64,000 nucleotides of DNA, taken from assembly GCA_012518835.1 (NCBI GenBank), contig JAAYRH010000079.1:6791-70790 (forward strand), read 5' to 3'. Source of the DNA: Aeromonadales bacterium (lineage in GTDB: Bacteria > Pseudomonadota > Gammaproteobacteria > Enterobacterales > Aeromonadaceae). The notes beneath the pieces are model-generated. The model made no database searches. It saw nothing but the letters and a program-made list of their open reading frames with translations, and was not told the DNA's origin. The translations under genes were made by a program, and so were the position numbers. This document shows, piece after piece, positions 8,860 to 20,900 of the stretch. Position 1 is the stretch's first letter; every line of letters begins with the position of its first letter.

Positions 8860-10044
8860 ATGTCTAAAGAAAAGTTCGATCGCAGCAAACCCCACGTCAA
8901 CGTCGGTACTATCGGCCATGTCGATCATGGGAAAACCACGCTAACCGCCGCGATTACCAATGTGCTCGCACAGCAGTTTGGCGGACCGGCCCGTGCCTTT
9001 GAGCAAATTGATAACGCACCTGAAGAAAAAGAGCGCGGCATTACTATTGCCGCGTCCCATGTGGAGTACGATACCGAAACCCGCCACTATGCCCATGTGG
9101 ACTGTCCGGGGCACGCCGACTACGTCAAAAACATGATCACCGGTGCTGCACAAATGGATGGTGCCATTTTAGTCGTTGCCGCCACCGACGGCCCCATGCC
9201 CCAAACGCGAGAGCATATTTTATTAGCTCGCCAAGTCGGAGTGCCATACATAGTGGTGTTCATGAATAAGTGCGACATGGTTGACGATGAAGAGCTACTT
9301 GAATTAGTGGAGATGGAAGTACGTGAACTGCTAAGTGAGTATGACTTCCCAAGCGATGATATTCCGGTGATCCGCGGCTCAGCCCTTAAAGCCTTAGAAG
9401 GCGATCCGCAGTGGGTGCCTAAAATCTTAGAGCTGGCTCATGCACTCGATACCTATATTCCCGAACCGGTACGTGCGGTAGACGGCGCTTTTTTGTTGCC
9501 CATTGAAGATGTGTTTTCTATTCAAGGGCGGGGCACAGTGGTGACCGGTCGTATCGAGCGCGGTGTAGTGAAAGTAGGTGAGGAAATAGAAATTGTCGGT
9601 ATTAAAGATACCGTTAAAACCACCTGTACCGGCGTAGAGATGTTTCGTAAGTTGCTAGACGAAGGTCGTGCCGGTGAAAACGTCGGTGTCTTATTGCGTG
9701 GTACCAAGCGAGAAGACGTAGCGCGAGGACAGGTACTGGCTAAACCTGGAACCATTCAACCTCATACTAGTTTTGAGTCAGAAATATATGTGTTATCAAA
9801 AGATGAAGGTGGGCGACATACCGCTTTTTTTAGAGGCTACCGTCCGCAGTTCTATTTTCGTACCACCGATGTTACCGGCGTGATTGAATTACCCGAAGGC
9901 GTGGAAATGGTCATGCCAGGCGATAATATTCAAGTGGTAGTTAGACTGATTGTTCCCATTGCCATGGAAGATGGCTTACGATTTGCCATCCGCGAAGGGG
10001 GGCGCACCGTCGGTGCGGGTGTGGTTTCTAAAATCATCGAGTAA
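8860..10044 (+). CDS. tuf: elongation factor Tu (tufB position, divergent copy)
   Basis: [21 protein letters not shown]; 394 aa; follows the Thr-Tyr-Gly-Thr tRNA cluster. Confidence 0.97.
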   Translation: MSKEKFDRSKPHVNVGTIGHVDHGKTTLTAAITNVLAQQFGGPARAFEQIDNAPEEKERGITIAASHVEYDTETRHYAHVDCPGHADYVKNMITGAAQMDGAILVVAATDGPMPQTREHILLARQVGVPYIVVFMNKCDMVDDEELLELVEMEVRELLSEYDFPSDDIPVIRGSALKALEGDPQWVPKILELAHALDTYIPEPVRAVDGAFLLPIEDVFSIQGRGTVVTGRIERGVVKVGEEIEIVGIKDTVKTTCTGVEMFRKLLDEGRAGENVGVLLRGTKREDVARGQVLAKPGTIQPHTSFESEIYVLSKDEGGRHTAFFRGYRPQFYFRTTDVTGVIELPEGVEMVMPGDNIQVVVRLIVPIAMEDGLRFAIREGGRTVGAGVVSKIIE

Positions 10045-10050
10045 TTTACG

Positions 10051-10094
10051 CTTACAATCCCACAAGAAAGCCCTTATAATATGGGCTTTCTTGT
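10051..10094 (+). promoter_or_regulatory. hairpin after tuf (possible terminator) overlapping a candidate promoter for trpT-secE-nusG
   Basis: ACAAGAAAGCCC-N9-GGGCTTTCTTGT stem; TATAAT (10075-10080) lies in the loop; weak -35 (CTTACA/TTACAA) upstream. Confidence 0.6.
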
Positions 10095-10096
10095 AT

Positions 10097-10173
10097 AGGG
10101 GCGTAGTTCCAATTGGTAGAACGGCGGTCTCCAAAACCGACGGTTGGGGGTTCGAGTCCCTCCGCCCCTGCCA
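10097..10173 (+). tRNA. trpT: tRNA-Trp(CCA)
   Basis: Cloverleaf, anticodon CCA at 10131-10133, encoded CCA end. Confidence 0.97.
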
Positions 10174-10237
10174 TTCACCTCGCCAAATGCGGGGTTTTCG
10201 TGTCCGTCATTGACACACGTTTTAAGCGGGTAGCCTT

Positions 10238-10609
10238 ATGAGTGCAAACATTGAGAACCAAGGCGGGGCCAAAGACTCCCTGTTATGGGGGCTGGTGTTC
10301 ATTATTTTGATAGCGGCTGTGGTCGCCAATTATCTCTATAGTGATCTAGCGGTGGTGCTGCGCGCAGCCGGCGTAGTGGTTGCTCTGGGGGTAGCCGGTT
10401 TCTTGGCTTATCAAACCAGTAAAGGAAAAAGCAGCTTTGCCTTTGCCAAAGAATCGCGCCTAGAAATGCGTAAAGTGGTGTGGCCAAGCCGCCAGGAAGC
10501 GATTCAAACCACGTTAATTGTATTGGCTGTCACCGCCTTGGTGGGCCTGTTTCTGTTTTTGCTAGATGGCCTGCTGGTATGGTTGGTCAATCTGGTTACC
10601 GGAGTGTAA
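10238..10609 (+). CDS. secE: preprotein translocase subunit SecE (3-TM type)
   Basis: [12 protein letters not shown] motif, three hydrophobic segments, synteny. Confidence 0.97.
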   Translation: MSANIENQGGAKDSLLWGLVFIILIAAVVANYLYSDLAVVLRAAGVVVALGVAGFLAYQTSKGKSSFAFAKESRLEMRKVVWPSRQEAIQTTLIVLAVTALVGLFLFLLDGLLVWLVNLVTGV

Positions 10610-10617
10610 GGATGACC

Positions 10618-11166
10618 ATGTCAGAACCAGAACAGAGAATGCGTTGGTATGTCGTTCAAGCGTTTTCTGGATACGAAGCTCGTGTTCAGAAGTCCTTGAT
10701 TGAATATATCAAGATGCACGAAATGGAAGATCAGTTTGGCCAGATTTTAGTGCCTACCGAAGAAGTGGTGGAAGTGCGGGCTGGACAAAAGCGCAAAAGT
10801 GAGCGCAAGTTCTTCCCAGGCTACGTCTTAGTACAAATGCTAATGAACGATGCCACTTGGCACTTAGTGCGTAGTATTCCTCGAGTGATGGGCTTTATTG
10901 GTGGTACCACCGAGCGTCCAGCGCCGATTTCTGATAAAGAAGCCGACGCGATTCTTAATCGCCTACAAGATGCGATTGATAAGCCAAAACCAAAAACCTT
11001 GTTTGAGCCTGGCGAAGAAGTACGAGTATGTGACGGTCCTTTTGCCGACTTTAATGGCGTGGTGGAGTCTGTTGACTACGAGAAGAGCCGGGTTAAGGTG
11101 TCAGTATTGATCTTTGGTCGCTCAACTCCCGTTGAGTTAGAGTTTGCTCAGGTAGAAAAGTCCTGA
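10618..11166 (+). CDS. nusG: transcription termination/antitermination factor NusG
   Basis: [21 protein letters not shown] motif GPFADFNG; start moved to MSEPEQ (ORF-track extension overlaps secE). Confidence 0.97.
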   Translation: MSEPEQRMRWYVVQAFSGYEARVQKSLIEYIKMHEMEDQFGQILVPTEEVVEVRAGQKRKSERKFFPGYVLVQMLMNDATWHLVRSIPRVMGFIGGTTERPAPISDKEADAILNRLQDAIDKPKPKTLFEPGEEVRVCDGPFADFNGVVESVDYEKSRVKVSVLIFGRSTPVELEFAQVEKS

Positions 11167-11186
11167 GTAAAAGATAAGCATAATGC

Positions 11187-11215
11187 TTGCGAGTGGCGGC
11201 AAATAGCACTACAAT
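11187..11215 (+). promoter_or_regulatory. P-L11 promoter
   Basis: TTGCGA-N17-TACAAT followed by a GC-rich discriminator. Confidence 0.7.
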
Positions 11216-11234
11216 TTGCCGCCCTTTTAATACA

Positions 11235-11275
11235 GGGGAGCCGAACACGAGTTCATCTCGGCGGCGTTATCACCC
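11235..11275 (+). promoter_or_regulatory. rplK leader, L1 autoregulatory binding site
   Basis: GGGGAGCC...GGCGTTATCACCC, resembling the E. coli L11-L1 operon leader. Confidence 0.75.
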
Positions 11276-11295
11276 ATTCATGAGGTAATTTTTAC

Positions 11296-11724
11296 ATGGC
11301 TAAGAAAGTACAAGCCTACATCAAGCTGCAAGTTGCAGCGGGTGCAGCTAACCCAAGTCCACCAGTTGGTCCTGCTCTGGGTCAGCACGGTGTTAATATT
11401 ATGGAATTCTGTAAGGCGTTTAACGCTCGCACAGAAAGCCTAGAGAAAGGTTCACCCGTACCGGTTATCATCACCGTATACAGTGACCGCTCGTTCACCT
11501 TCGAAACCAAGACGCCACCAGCGGCTTTCTTGTTGCGCAAAGCAGCCGGCGTAAAGCTAGGCTCTGGCAAGCCTAACACCGAGAAAGTGGGTACTGTTAC
11601 TCGCGCTCAGTTAGAAGAAATTGCTGAGACTAAGCTACAAGACATGACCGGTGCCGATGTAGATGCCCGTGTTCGCTCTATCGAAGGTACTGCTCGGTCC
11701 ATGGGCCTGGCAGTGGAGGGTTAA
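11296..11724 (+). CDS. rplK: 50S ribosomal protein L11
   Basis: [22 protein letters not shown]. Confidence 0.98.
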   Translation: MAKKVQAYIKLQVAAGAANPSPPVGPALGQHGVNIMEFCKAFNARTESLEKGSPVPVIITVYSDRSFTFETKTPPAAFLLRKAAGVKLGSGKPNTEKVGTVTRAQLEEIAETKLQDMTGADVDARVRSIEGTARSMGLAVEG

Positions 11725-11728
11725 GACG

Positions 11729-12424
11729 ATGGCTAAACTAACTAAGCGCATGAAGCAGATCCGCGATCGCGTAGACAGCACCAAAGAATATCAAATTGAC
11801 GAAGCCATTACGTTGCTAAAAGAGCTGGCGACTGCCAAGTTCGTAGAAAGCGTTGATGTGGCGGTTAACCTAGGCATCGATGCGCGTAAATCAGATCAAA
11901 ACGTACGTGGGGCCACAGTACTACCACACGGTACTGGTCGTGATGTACGTGTTGCGGTATTCGCCCAAGGCGCTAATGCTGAAGCTGCTAAAGAAGCCGG
12001 TGCTGAGCTGGTGGGTATGGAAGACTTAGCTGAGCAAGTCAAAGGCGGCGAAATGAATTTCGACGTAGTGATTGCTTCTCCTGATGCGATGCGTGTGGTC
12101 GGTCAGCTAGGACAAATCTTAGGTCCACGCGGCCTAATGCCTAACCCGAAAGTGGGTACTGTGACGCCTAACGTTGCTGAAGCAGTGAAAAACGCTAAAG
12201 CCGGTCAGGTGCGCTACCGTAACGATAAAAACGGTATTATCCACACCACTATCGGTAACAAAAACTTTGATAACGCTAACTTGAAAGGTAACTTGGAAGC
12301 TCTGCTGGTTGCATTACAGCGCGCTAAGCCTGCCTCTTCACGTGGTGTTTATATCAAAAAGATTACTCTGTCGACCACTATGGGTGCCGGCGTAGCAATC
12401 GAGCAAGCTAGCTTAGAAATATAA
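11729..12424 (+). CDS. rplA: 50S ribosomal protein L1
   Basis: MAKLTKRM start, [18 protein letters not shown]. Confidence 0.98.
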   Translation: MAKLTKRMKQIRDRVDSTKEYQIDEAITLLKELATAKFVESVDVAVNLGIDARKSDQNVRGATVLPHGTGRDVRVAVFAQGANAEAAKEAGAELVGMEDLAEQVKGGEMNFDVVIASPDAMRVVGQLGQILGPRGLMPNPKVGTVTPNVAEAVKNAKAGQVRYRNDKNGIIHTTIGNKNFDNANLKGNLEALLVALQRAKPASSRGVYIKKITLSTTMGAGVAIEQASLEI

Positions 12425-12430
12425 TAAGCA

Positions 12431-12459
12431 TTTACAAGGCGTAAAACATAGCGTAGTAT
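12431..12459 (+). promoter_or_regulatory. P-L10 promoter
   Basis: TTTACA-N17-TAGTAT followed by a GC-rich discriminator. Confidence 0.7.
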
Positions 12460-12494
12460 TTTGCGCCTTGTGATTTGGTTGGGGGCTACGACTC

Positions 12495-12550
12495 CCGTCC
12501 AAGACCGCTGGAGACGTTAACGTCTTAATGTTCCAGCGTAGATGGTGCCG
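12495..12550 (+). ncRNA. rplJ (L10) leader autoregulatory RNA
   Basis: CCGTCCAAGACCGCTGGAG...TTAAT..TCCAGCGTAGATGGTG matches the L10-leader pattern. Confidence 0.85.
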
Positions 12551-12665
12551 GGCCCAGTTGAAAGCATTTCTTTCTTCTGGAATCTGCCACCTTGGTGTCG
12601 CTATTTTAGGTAGCGACGTATGTTTAATCTGGGTTTTATCCCAGGTGGATCCAGGAGTTTAGCCA

Positions 12666-13169
12666 ATGGCATTAAGACTCGAAGACAAAAAGGCAATAGT
12701 TGCTGAAGTCAACGAAGCTGCCAAGGGCGCCCTGTCTGCGGTAGTTGCTGATTCTCGAGGCGTTACCGTAGCTGCTATGACCACACTGCGTAAGCAAGCT
12801 CGTGAAAACGGCGTCTACCTTAAGGTAGTGCGTAACACCTTAGCTCGCATCGCAGTAAAAGAGACCAACTACGAGTGCCTTAATGAGGTATTAGTTGGTC
12901 CTACCTTGATTGCATTTTCTAACGAACATCCAGGCGCAGCTGCCCGTTTGTTCAAAGATTTTGCTAAAGAGCAAGCCGCTTTCGAGGTTAAAGGTTTAGC
13001 ATACGAGGGCGAGTTCATCCCTGCAGCGGATATTGACCGTCTTGCAAAACTGCCAACGTACGACGAAGCAATTGCAAAGCTAATGGCAACGATGAAAGAA
13101 GCCTCTGCTGGCAAGCTGGTACGTACACTCGCCGCCTTGCGCGTTCAAAAAGAAGCCGAAGCAGCATAA
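12666..13169 (+). CDS. rplJ: 50S ribosomal protein L10
   Basis: [28 protein letters not shown]. Confidence 0.98.
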   Translation: MALRLEDKKAIVAEVNEAAKGALSAVVADSRGVTVAAMTTLRKQARENGVYLKVVRNTLARIAVKETNYECLNEVLVGPTLIAFSNEHPGAAARLFKDFAKEQAAFEVKGLAYEGEFIPAADIDRLAKLPTYDEAIAKLMATMKEASAGKLVRTLAALRVQKEAEAA

Positions 13170-13224
13170 GCTGTTTACTGGCTGCTTGATAACCAAACAC
13201 TTCAGAATATTAGGAATTTGAGTC

Positions 13225-13590
13225 ATGTCACTTACTAAAGACCAAATCATTGATGCCGTTGCAGAAATGTCTGTAATGCAAGTTGTAGAATTAATCGAAG
13301 CAATGGAAGAGAAGTTCGGCGTTTCTGCCGCTGCTGCTGTTGCTGTTGCTGGCGATGCTGGTGGTGCTGCTGAAGAGCAGACTGAGTTTGACGTTATGCT
13401 GACTGCAGCTGGCCCGAACAAAGTTGCTGCTATTAAAGCTGTGCGTGCGGCGACCGGTCTAGGTCTGAAAGAAGCTAAAGGTTTGGTTGAGTCTGCCCCA
13501 TGTGCCGTTAAAGAAGGCCTGAGCAAAGACGAAGCTGAAGCTCTGAAGAAAGAACTCGAAGAAGCTGGTGCTTCTGTTGAGCTCAAGTAA
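13225..13590 (+). CDS. rplL: 50S ribosomal protein L7/L12
   Basis: [26 protein letters not shown]. Confidence 0.98.
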   Translation: MSLTKDQIIDAVAEMSVMQVVELIEAMEEKFGVSAAAAVAVAGDAGGAAEEQTEFDVMLTAAGPNKVAAIKAVRAATGLGLKEAKGLVESAPCAVKEGLSKDEAEALKKELEEAGASVELK

Positions 13591-13626
13591 GCTACTCTAT
13601 AGCTTAGCGGCCTGAGTGATCAGGCT

Positions 13627-13659
13627 AGGGCTGGTGAATATATATTCACCAGCCCTTTT
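13627..13659 (+). terminator. rplL-rpoB attenuator
   Basis: Perfect 30-bp palindrome AGGGCTGGTGAATAT/ATATTCACCAGCCCT followed by TTT. Confidence 0.85.
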
Positions 13660-13813
13660 GCGCTGTAGGATGAGAGGAGTTTGCACATCGTTTATGCCTC
13701 TCGTTATTCCAGCCAGCGGATGTTGTCGAGACGTCCGATCTGACAAAGAAACGATGTTCTAGAGCTGTCCCATTTGGACAGATGGGTCACTTATCAGCGA
13801 GCTGAGGAACCCT

Positions 13814-16800
13814 ATGGTTTACTCTTATACAGAGAAAAAGCGCATTCGTAAGGACTTTGGTAAACGTGACCAAGTCTTAGACACGCCTTACCTGCTATCA
13901 ATCCAGCTTGACTCCTTCAAACAGTTTATTGAAGCAGATCCGCAAGGCGAATACGGTTTAGAGGCGGCGTTTCGCAGCGTCTTCCCCATCACCAGCTATT
14001 CAGGCAATGCTGAACTACAGTATGTCAGCTTTCGCTTGGGCGAGCCGGTGTTTGACGTGCAGGAATGTCAAATTCGTGGCGTGACCTATTCAGCACCGCT
14101 GCGTGTTAAGTTGCGTATGGTTCTTTATGACAGAGAAGCTGCCCCTGGCACTGTCAAAGACATTAAAGAACAAGAAGTTTACATGGGCGAAATTCCGCTC
14201 ATGACAGAAAATGGTACTTTTGTTATCAACGGTACTGAGCGGGTTATCGTCTCCCAGCTGCACCGCAGCCCGGGTGTGTTTTTCGATCACGACCGCGGCA
14301 AAACCCACTCTTCGGGTAAAGTGTTATATAACGCCCGAGTGATCCCTTACCGTGGTTCTTGGCTGGACTTCGAGTTTGATGCGAAAGACAACTTGTTCGT
14401 TCGTATCGACCGTCGCCGTAAGCTCCCAGCGACTATTATGCTGCGTGCTTTGGAATATACGACAGAAGAAATTCTGGCGATGTTCTTTGACACCACTCAC
14501 TTTGCCGTGACTGATGGCAAGTTGATGATGGAACTCAAGCCGGAGCGCCTGCGCGGTGAAACTGCCTCGTTTGACATCCAAGTGGATGGCAGCGTGTTAG
14601 TAGAAACCGGACGCCGTATTACGGCACGTCATATTCGCCAACTAGAAAAAGCGGGCATTAGCAATATTGAAGTGCCAGTAGAATATGCCGTAGGAAAAGT
14701 GGCAGCGAAAGACTACATCAACGCCGAGACCGGTGAGATTGTGGTGGCTGCTAACAGCGAGCTGACTCTAGAAACCTTAGCCAATCTTTCGGTGGCGGGT
14801 ATTAAAGAGTTTGAGACCCTGTTCACTAACGAACTGGATCACGGCTCTTATATTTCCGACACCTTGCGTATCGACTCTTCTACTAACCGCCTTGAAGCCT
14901 TAGTTGAAGTGTATCGTATGATGCGCCCAGGCGAGCCGCCTACTCGTGATGCGGCAGATACCCTGTTTGAAAATCTATTCTTCTCAGAAGACCGTTACGA
15001 TCTTTCTACTGTAGGGCGGATGAAGTTCAACCGTCGCCTGTTTAGAGAAGAAACCGGTGGCCCCGGCACCCTGACTAAGTCAGATATCGTTGATGTCATG
15101 AAGCGTTTAATCGACATTCGTAACGGTAATGACGAAGTAGACGATATTGATCACTTGGGTAACCGTCGCATCCGCTCTGTGGGCGAAATGGCGGAAAACC
15201 AGTTCCGTGTTGGTCTGGTGCGTGTGGAGCGTGCGGTGAAAGAGCGTCTGTCATTAGGCGACTTAGACACCCTGATGCCCCAGGACTTAATTAACGCTAA
15301 GCCGATTTCGGCGGCGGTAAAAGAGTTCTTTGGCTCCAGCCAGCTGTCCCAGTTCATGGACCAGAACAACCCGTTGTCTGAAGTGACGCACAAACGTCGT
15401 ATTTCAGCTTTAGGCCCAGGTGGCTTAACGCGTGAGCGCGCTGGTTTTGAAGTTCGAGACGTACACCCGACTCACTATGGTCGTTTGTGTCCTATCGAAA
15501 CGCCGGAAGGCCCGAACATCGGTCTGATCAACTCTTTGGCGTGCTACTCGCGCACCAACGAATATGGTTTCCTGGAGACTCCATACCGTAAAGTGATCGA
15601 CAGTAAAATTACCGATGAGGTCGACTATCTGTCTGCTATCGAAGAAGGTCATTTTGTGATCGCTCAGGCCAACGCGGCCATCGATGATGAAGGCCGTTTA
15701 GTAGATGAGCTGGTACCGTCGCGCCATAAAGGTGAAGCCACCTATATGAATGCCGATCAGGTGCAGTATATGGATGTGAGTCCACAGCAGGTAGTGTCGG
15801 TCGCAGCCTCGTTGATCCCGTTCCTTGAACACGATGATGCGAACCGTGCTTTGATGGGCTCAAACATGCAGCGTCAAGCCGTACCTACCCTGCGTGCCGA
15901 TAAGCCGTTAGTGGGCACCGGTATTGAGCGTGCGGTCGCAGTAGACTCCGGTGTGACCGTGGTGTCTAAGCGCGGTGGTATTGTTGACTACGTCGATGCG
16001 TCACGCATTGTAGTTAAGGTGAACGAAGAAGAAATGTTGCCTGGCGAAGCCGGTATCGACATTTATAACCTGACCAAATACACCCGCTCTAACCAGAATA
16101 CTTGTATTAACCAGCGTCCATGTGTGATGCCAGGTGAGCGGGTATTGGGTGGTGATGTACTGGCGGATGGTCCTTCGACTGACTTAGGTGAATTAGCCTT
16201 GGGTCAAAACCTGCGCGTGGCTTTTATGCCATGGAACGGTTACAACTTTGAAGACTCCATCTTGCTTAACGAGCGCTTGGTAGAACAAGACTGCTTGACC
16301 ACCATTCATATTCAGGAACTAACCTGTATCTCTCGTGATACTAAATTAGGTCCAGAAGAAATCACTGCCGATATCCCGAACGTAGGTGAAGCGGCACTGA
16401 GCAAGTTGGATGAGTCCGGTATTGTCTATGTCGGTGCAGAAATGCAACCAGGCGATATTCTGGTGGGTAAGGTAACACCTAAAGGTGAAAGCCAGCTCAC
16501 ACCAGAAGAGAAGCTACTGCGAGCCATCTTTGGTGAAAAAGCCTCTGATGTTAAAGACTCATCATTGCGCGTACCTAACTCTGTTTACGGTACAGTAATT
16601 GATGTTCAAGTCTTTACTCGTGATGGTTTAGAAAAAGACAAGCGTGCCCAAGACATCGAGCACATGCAGCTGAAGCAGGCGAAAAAAGACCTGACAGAAG
16701 AATTTAGCATCCTCGAAGATGGTGTGTTTGCTCGTGCTCGTAACGTGCTCATTAACTCTGGCATGAGCGCGGAGCGAGTGGCAAAAATTGCTCGCAACCA

Positions 16801-17842
16801 ACTGTTAGAGCAAGCGATTGACGATGAAGCCAAGCAAATTGAGCTTGAGCAATTAGCCGAGCAGCATGCCGAGCTAAAAGCCGACTTCGATAAGAAGTTT
16901 GAAAACAAGCGTCATAAAATCACCCAAGGTGATGACTTGGCGCCTGGCGTACAAAAAATCGTTAAGGTGTACTTGGCCGTTAAACGCAGTATCCAGCCCG
17001 GTGATAAAATGGCCGGTCGTCATGGTAACAAAGGGGTTATCTCTACCATAGTTCCGGTAGAAGATATGCCTTATGACGAGCATGGTGTACCAGTAGATAT
17101 GGTATTGAACCCGCTGGGTGTTCCGTCTCGAATGAACATAGGTCAGATCTTAGAAACCCACCTCGGCTTTGCGGCCAAGGGAATTGGTGAAAAGATTGAT
17201 CGTATGATCAAAGAGCAGCAAGAGCTGGCTCGTTTGCGTGAGTTCCTCCAAGAAGTGTATGACTTAGGGGACGGTATTCGCCAGAAAGTAGACTTGTCTA
17301 CGTTTAGTGACGAAGAAATTCGTACGCTGGCCAATAACCTGCGCAAGGGCATGCCTATCGCGACACCGGCTTTTGATGGTGCTGATGAGCACGAAATTAA
17401 GCGCTTGCTGAAACTAGCGGATCTGCCTGAATCGGGTCAGGTCACTATGTTCGACGGTCGTACCGGTAATCCTTTTGAGCGTCCGGTGACCGTGGGCTAT
17501 ATGTACATGCTGAAGTTGAACCACTTAGTGGACGACAAGATGCATGCTCGTTCTACTGGTTCTTACAGTCTGGTAACGCAACAGCCGCTGGGTGGTAAAG
17601 CTCAGTTTGGTGGTCAGCGTTTTGGTGAGATGGAAGTGTGGGCACTGGAAGCTTATGGTGCCGCCTACACCTTGCAAGAAATGCTGACGGTCAAGTCCGA
17701 TGACGTTAATGGCCGTACTAAGATGTATAAAAACATCGTAGATGGCGATCACCGTATGGAGCCGGGCATGCCCGAGTCTTTCAACGTACTGTTGAAAGAA
17801 ATTCGCTCTCTCGGTATCAACATCGAGCTAGACGAAAGTTAA
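13814..17842 (+). CDS. rpoB: RNA polymerase beta subunit
   Basis: 1342 aa; [34 protein letters not shown]. Confidence 0.99.
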   Translation: MVYSYTEKKRIRKDFGKRDQVLDTPYLLSIQLDSFKQFIEADPQGEYGLEAAFRSVFPITSYSGNAELQYVSFRLGEPVFDVQECQIRGVTYSAPLRVKLRMVLYDREAAPGTVKDIKEQEVYMGEIPLMTENGTFVINGTERVIVSQLHRSPGVFFDHDRGKTHSSGKVLYNARVIPYRGSWLDFEFDAKDNLFVRIDRRRKLPATIMLRALEYTTEEILAMFFDTTHFAVTDGKLMMELKPERLRGETASFDIQVDGSVLVETGRRITARHIRQLEKAGISNIEVPVEYAVGKVAAKDYINAETGEIVVAANSELTLETLANLSVAGIKEFETLFTNELDHGSYISDTLRIDSSTNRLEALVEVYRMMRPGEPPTRDAADTLFENLFFSEDRYDLSTVGRMKFNRRLFREETGGPGTLTKSDIVDVMKRLIDIRNGNDEVDDIDHLGNRRIRSVGEMAENQFRVGLVRVERAVKERLSLGDLDTLMPQDLINAKPISAAVKEFFGSSQLSQFMDQNNPLSEVTHKRRISALGPGGLTRERAGFEVRDVHPTHYGRLCPIETPEGPNIGLINSLACYSRTNEYGFLETPYRKVIDSKITDEVDYLSAIEEGHFVIAQANAAIDDEGRLVDELVPSRHKGEATYMNADQVQYMDVSPQQVVSVAASLIPFLEHDDANRALMGSNMQRQAVPTLRADKPLVGTGIERAVAVDSGVTVVSKRGGIVDYVDASRIVVKVNEEEMLPGEAGIDIYNLTKYTRSNQNTCINQRPCVMPGERVLGGDVLADGPSTDLGELALGQNLRVAFMPWNGYNFEDSILLNERLVEQDCLTTIHIQELTCISRDTKLGPEEITADIPNVGEAALSKLDESGIVYVGAEMQPGDILVGKVTPKGESQLTPEEKLLRAIFGEKASDVKDSSLRVPNSVYGTVIDVQVFTRDGLEKDKRAQDIEHMQLKQAKKDLTEEFSILEDGVFARARNVLINSGMSAERVAKIARNQLLEQAIDDEAKQIELEQLAEQHAELKADFDKKFENKRHKITQGDDLAPGVQKIVKVYLAVKRSIQPGDKMAGRHGNKGVISTIVPVEDMPYDEHGVPVDMVLNPLGVPSRMNIGQILETHLGFAAKGIGEKIDRMIKEQQELARLREFLQEVYDLGDGIRQKVDLSTFSDEEIRTLANNLRKGMPIATPAFDGADEHEIKRLLKLADLPESGQVTMFDGRTGNPFERPVTVGYMYMLKLNHLVDDKMHARSTGSYSLVTQQPLGGKAQFGGQRFGEMEVWALEAYGAAYTLQEMLTVKSDDVNGRTKMYKNIVDGDHRMEPGMPESFNVLLKEIRSLGINIELDES

Positions 17843-17915
17843 GGCAACAGACTGCCAAAGAAATAACGGCGCCTCTTAGGAGGCGCCTAGGTAGAACTCC
17901 TCACAGGAGACTAAT

Positions 17916-20900
17916 GTGAAAGACTTACTTAAGTTTTTGAAAGCGCAGAATAAGACAGAAGAGTTTGACGGTATTAAAATCGGTCTGGCTTCCCCAGACA
18001 TGATCCGCTCTTGGTCTTTTGGCGAAGTTAAAAAGCCGGAGACGATTAACTACCGTACCTTCAAGCCGGAGCGTGACGGCCTTTTCTGTGCCCGGATTTT
18101 TGGTCCGGTCAAGGACTATGAGTGTCTGTGTGGTAAGTATAAGCGTCTTAAGCACCGTGGTGTTATCTGCGAAAAGTGTGGCGTTGAAGTTACCCAGACC
18201 AAAGTACGCCGCGAGCGTATGGGCCATATCGAACTGGCCAGTCCCGTTGCTCACATCTGGTTTTTGAAATCCCTGCCGAGCCGCATTGGCTTGTTGCTGG
18301 ATATGACGCTGCGTGATATTGAGCGCGTCTTGTATTTTGAATCCTTTGTCGTGATCGAGCCGGGTATGACCACCCTAGAGCGCGGCCAGATGCTGTCAGA
18401 AGAACAGTATTTGGATGCGCTAGAGGAGTGGGGCGATGAGTTCGACGCTAAAATGGGCGCCGAAGCCGTCTTATCTTTGCTAAAAGACATCGATCTAGGT
18501 AACGAAATCGATGAGATGCGCGAAGAGCTGAGCCAAACGAACTCAGAAACTAAGCGCAAGAAAATTACTAAGCGTTTCAAGTTAATGGAAGCGTTCCATG
18601 GCTCAGGTAACAATCCTGAGTGGATGGTATTAACGGTATTGCCTGTATTGCCACCGGACTTGCGTCCTTTGGTACCGCTGGACGGTGGTCGTTTTGCCAC
18701 CTCTGACTTGAACGACTTGTACCGCCGCGTGATTAACCGTAACAACCGCTTGAAGCGCCTGTTGGACTTAGCTGCACCAGACATTATCGTACGTAACGAA
18801 AAGCGGATGCTGCAAGAGTCTGTGGATGCGTTGTTGGATAACGGTCGTCGCGGTCGTGCGATCACCGGTTCTAACAAGCGTCCGCTGAAATCCTTGGCTG
18901 ATATGATCAAGGGTAAGCAGGGTCGTTTCCGTCAGAACTTACTCGGTAAGCGGGTCGACTATTCAGGTCGTTCGGTTATCGTAGTGGGTCCGGCGTTGCG
19001 TTTGCACCAGTGCGGTTTGCCTAAGAAAATGGCGCTTGAGTTATTTAAGCCCTTTATCTATGGCAAGCTAGAAGCACGTGGCCTTGCCACCACTATTAAA
19101 GCCGCTAAGAAAATGGTGGAGCGTGAAGAAGCCGTAGTATGGGACGTTTTGGACTATGTGATCCGCGAACACCCTGTACTCCTTAACCGTGCTCCTACTT
19201 TGCACCGTTTAGGTATTCAAGCGTTTGAGCCGGTACTGATCGAAGGTAAAGCGATCCAGTTGCACCCGCTCGTGTGTGCGGCTTATAACGCTGACTTTGA
19301 CGGTGACCAGATGGCGGTTCACGTACCGCTGACTATTGAAGCACAGCTTGAAGCGCGTGCCTTGATGATGTCGACCAACAACATCTTGTCTCCCGCGAAC
19401 GGTGAGCCGATTATTGTTCCTTCGCAAGACGTGATCTTAGGGTTGTATTACATGACCCGTGACAAGATCAACGCTAAAGGCGAAGGCATGTTGCTGGGCA
19501 GTGCCAAAGAAGCAGATAAGCTGTATCGCTCTGGTCATGTTGACTTGCACGCTAAAGTTAAAATTCGTATTACCGACTTCGAGCGTATGGAAGACGGTAG
19601 CGAAGTAGAAGTAACAGCGTTTCGTGAGACCACCATTGGTCGCGCAATTTTGAGCTTAATTGTTCCTAAAGGCTTGCCCTATAGTTTGATCAACCAAGCC
19701 ATGGGCAAAAAGCAGATTTCTAAGCTCATGAACGCCTGTTACCGTCGCTTAGGTCTTAAAGATTCCGTTATCTTTGCTGACCAACTGATGTATACCGGTT
19801 TTGATTTTGCCACTATCTCTGGGGTATCGGTTGGGATTAACGACATGGAGATCCCAGCGGCGAAGAAAGACATCATTGATGAAGCGGAAGCGGAAGTTAG
19901 TGAAATTCAAGAACAGTTCCAGTCAGGCTTAGTTACCGCGGGTGAGCGTTATAACAAAGTTATCGATATTTGGGCCAGCGCCAACGAGCGGGTGTCTAAA
20001 GCGATGATGGATAACTTGGCAAAAGACCCAGTTATCGACGCTGACGGCAACACTGTGATGGAAGACTCCTTCAACAGTATCTTTATGATGGCCGACTCTG
20101 GGGCTCGTGGTAGTGCCGCTCAGATCCGTCAGTTAGCGGGGATGCGTGGCCTAATGGCGAAACCCGATGGTTCCATCATCGAAACGCCAATCATTGCAAA
20201 CTTCCGCGAAGGCTTGAACGTACTACAGTACTTTAACTCTACTCACGGTGCTCGTAAGGGGCTTGCTGATACCGCACTAAAAACCGCTAACTCCGGTTAC
20301 CTCACTCGTCGTCTGGTAGATGTGGCGCAAGACTTAGTCATTACCAATGATGACTGCGGCACCTTTGATGGCTTGTGGATGACACCGCTGATTGAAGGTG
20401 GTGACGTGGTTGAGCCGTTACGGGAGCGGGTCTTGGGTCGTATTGTGGCAGAAGATGTTATTAAGCCCGGCACCGAAGACGAAATCTTAGTGGCTCGTAA
20501 TACTCTTCTCGATGAGAAGTGGTGTGATGAGATCGAAGAAAGCTCTGTAGACCGTATTAAAGTACGCTCCGTTATCACTTGTGATAATGACCACGGTGTT
20601 TGTGCCCACTGTTACGGCCGTGACTTGGCCCGTGGCCACTTGGTAAACCAAGGTGAAGCAGTAGGGGTTATCGCTGCTCAATCGATTGGTGAGCCGGGAA
20701 CTCAGCTAACGATGCGTACCTTCCACATCGGTGGTGCAGCTTCACGAGCGGCAGCAGAAAACAGTATTCAGGTGAAAAACGCCGGTGCCGTTAAACTACT
20801 GAATGCTAAAACGGTTACTAACAGTGACGGTAAAACCGTTATTGTGTCACGTTCTTCTGAGCTGACTATCGTTGATGAAATGGGTCAAACCCGCGAGAAC

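Noticed and set aside
8860-10044. Divergent EF-Tu as an antibiotic (kirromycin)-resistant isoform
   Set aside because: Positions linked to kirromycin resistance in E. coli (L120, Q124, Y160, G316, Q329, A375) all appear wild type
15320-15425. Rifampicin-resistance cluster I of rpoB
   Set aside because: [28 protein letters not shown] has the sensitive residues; nothing unusual
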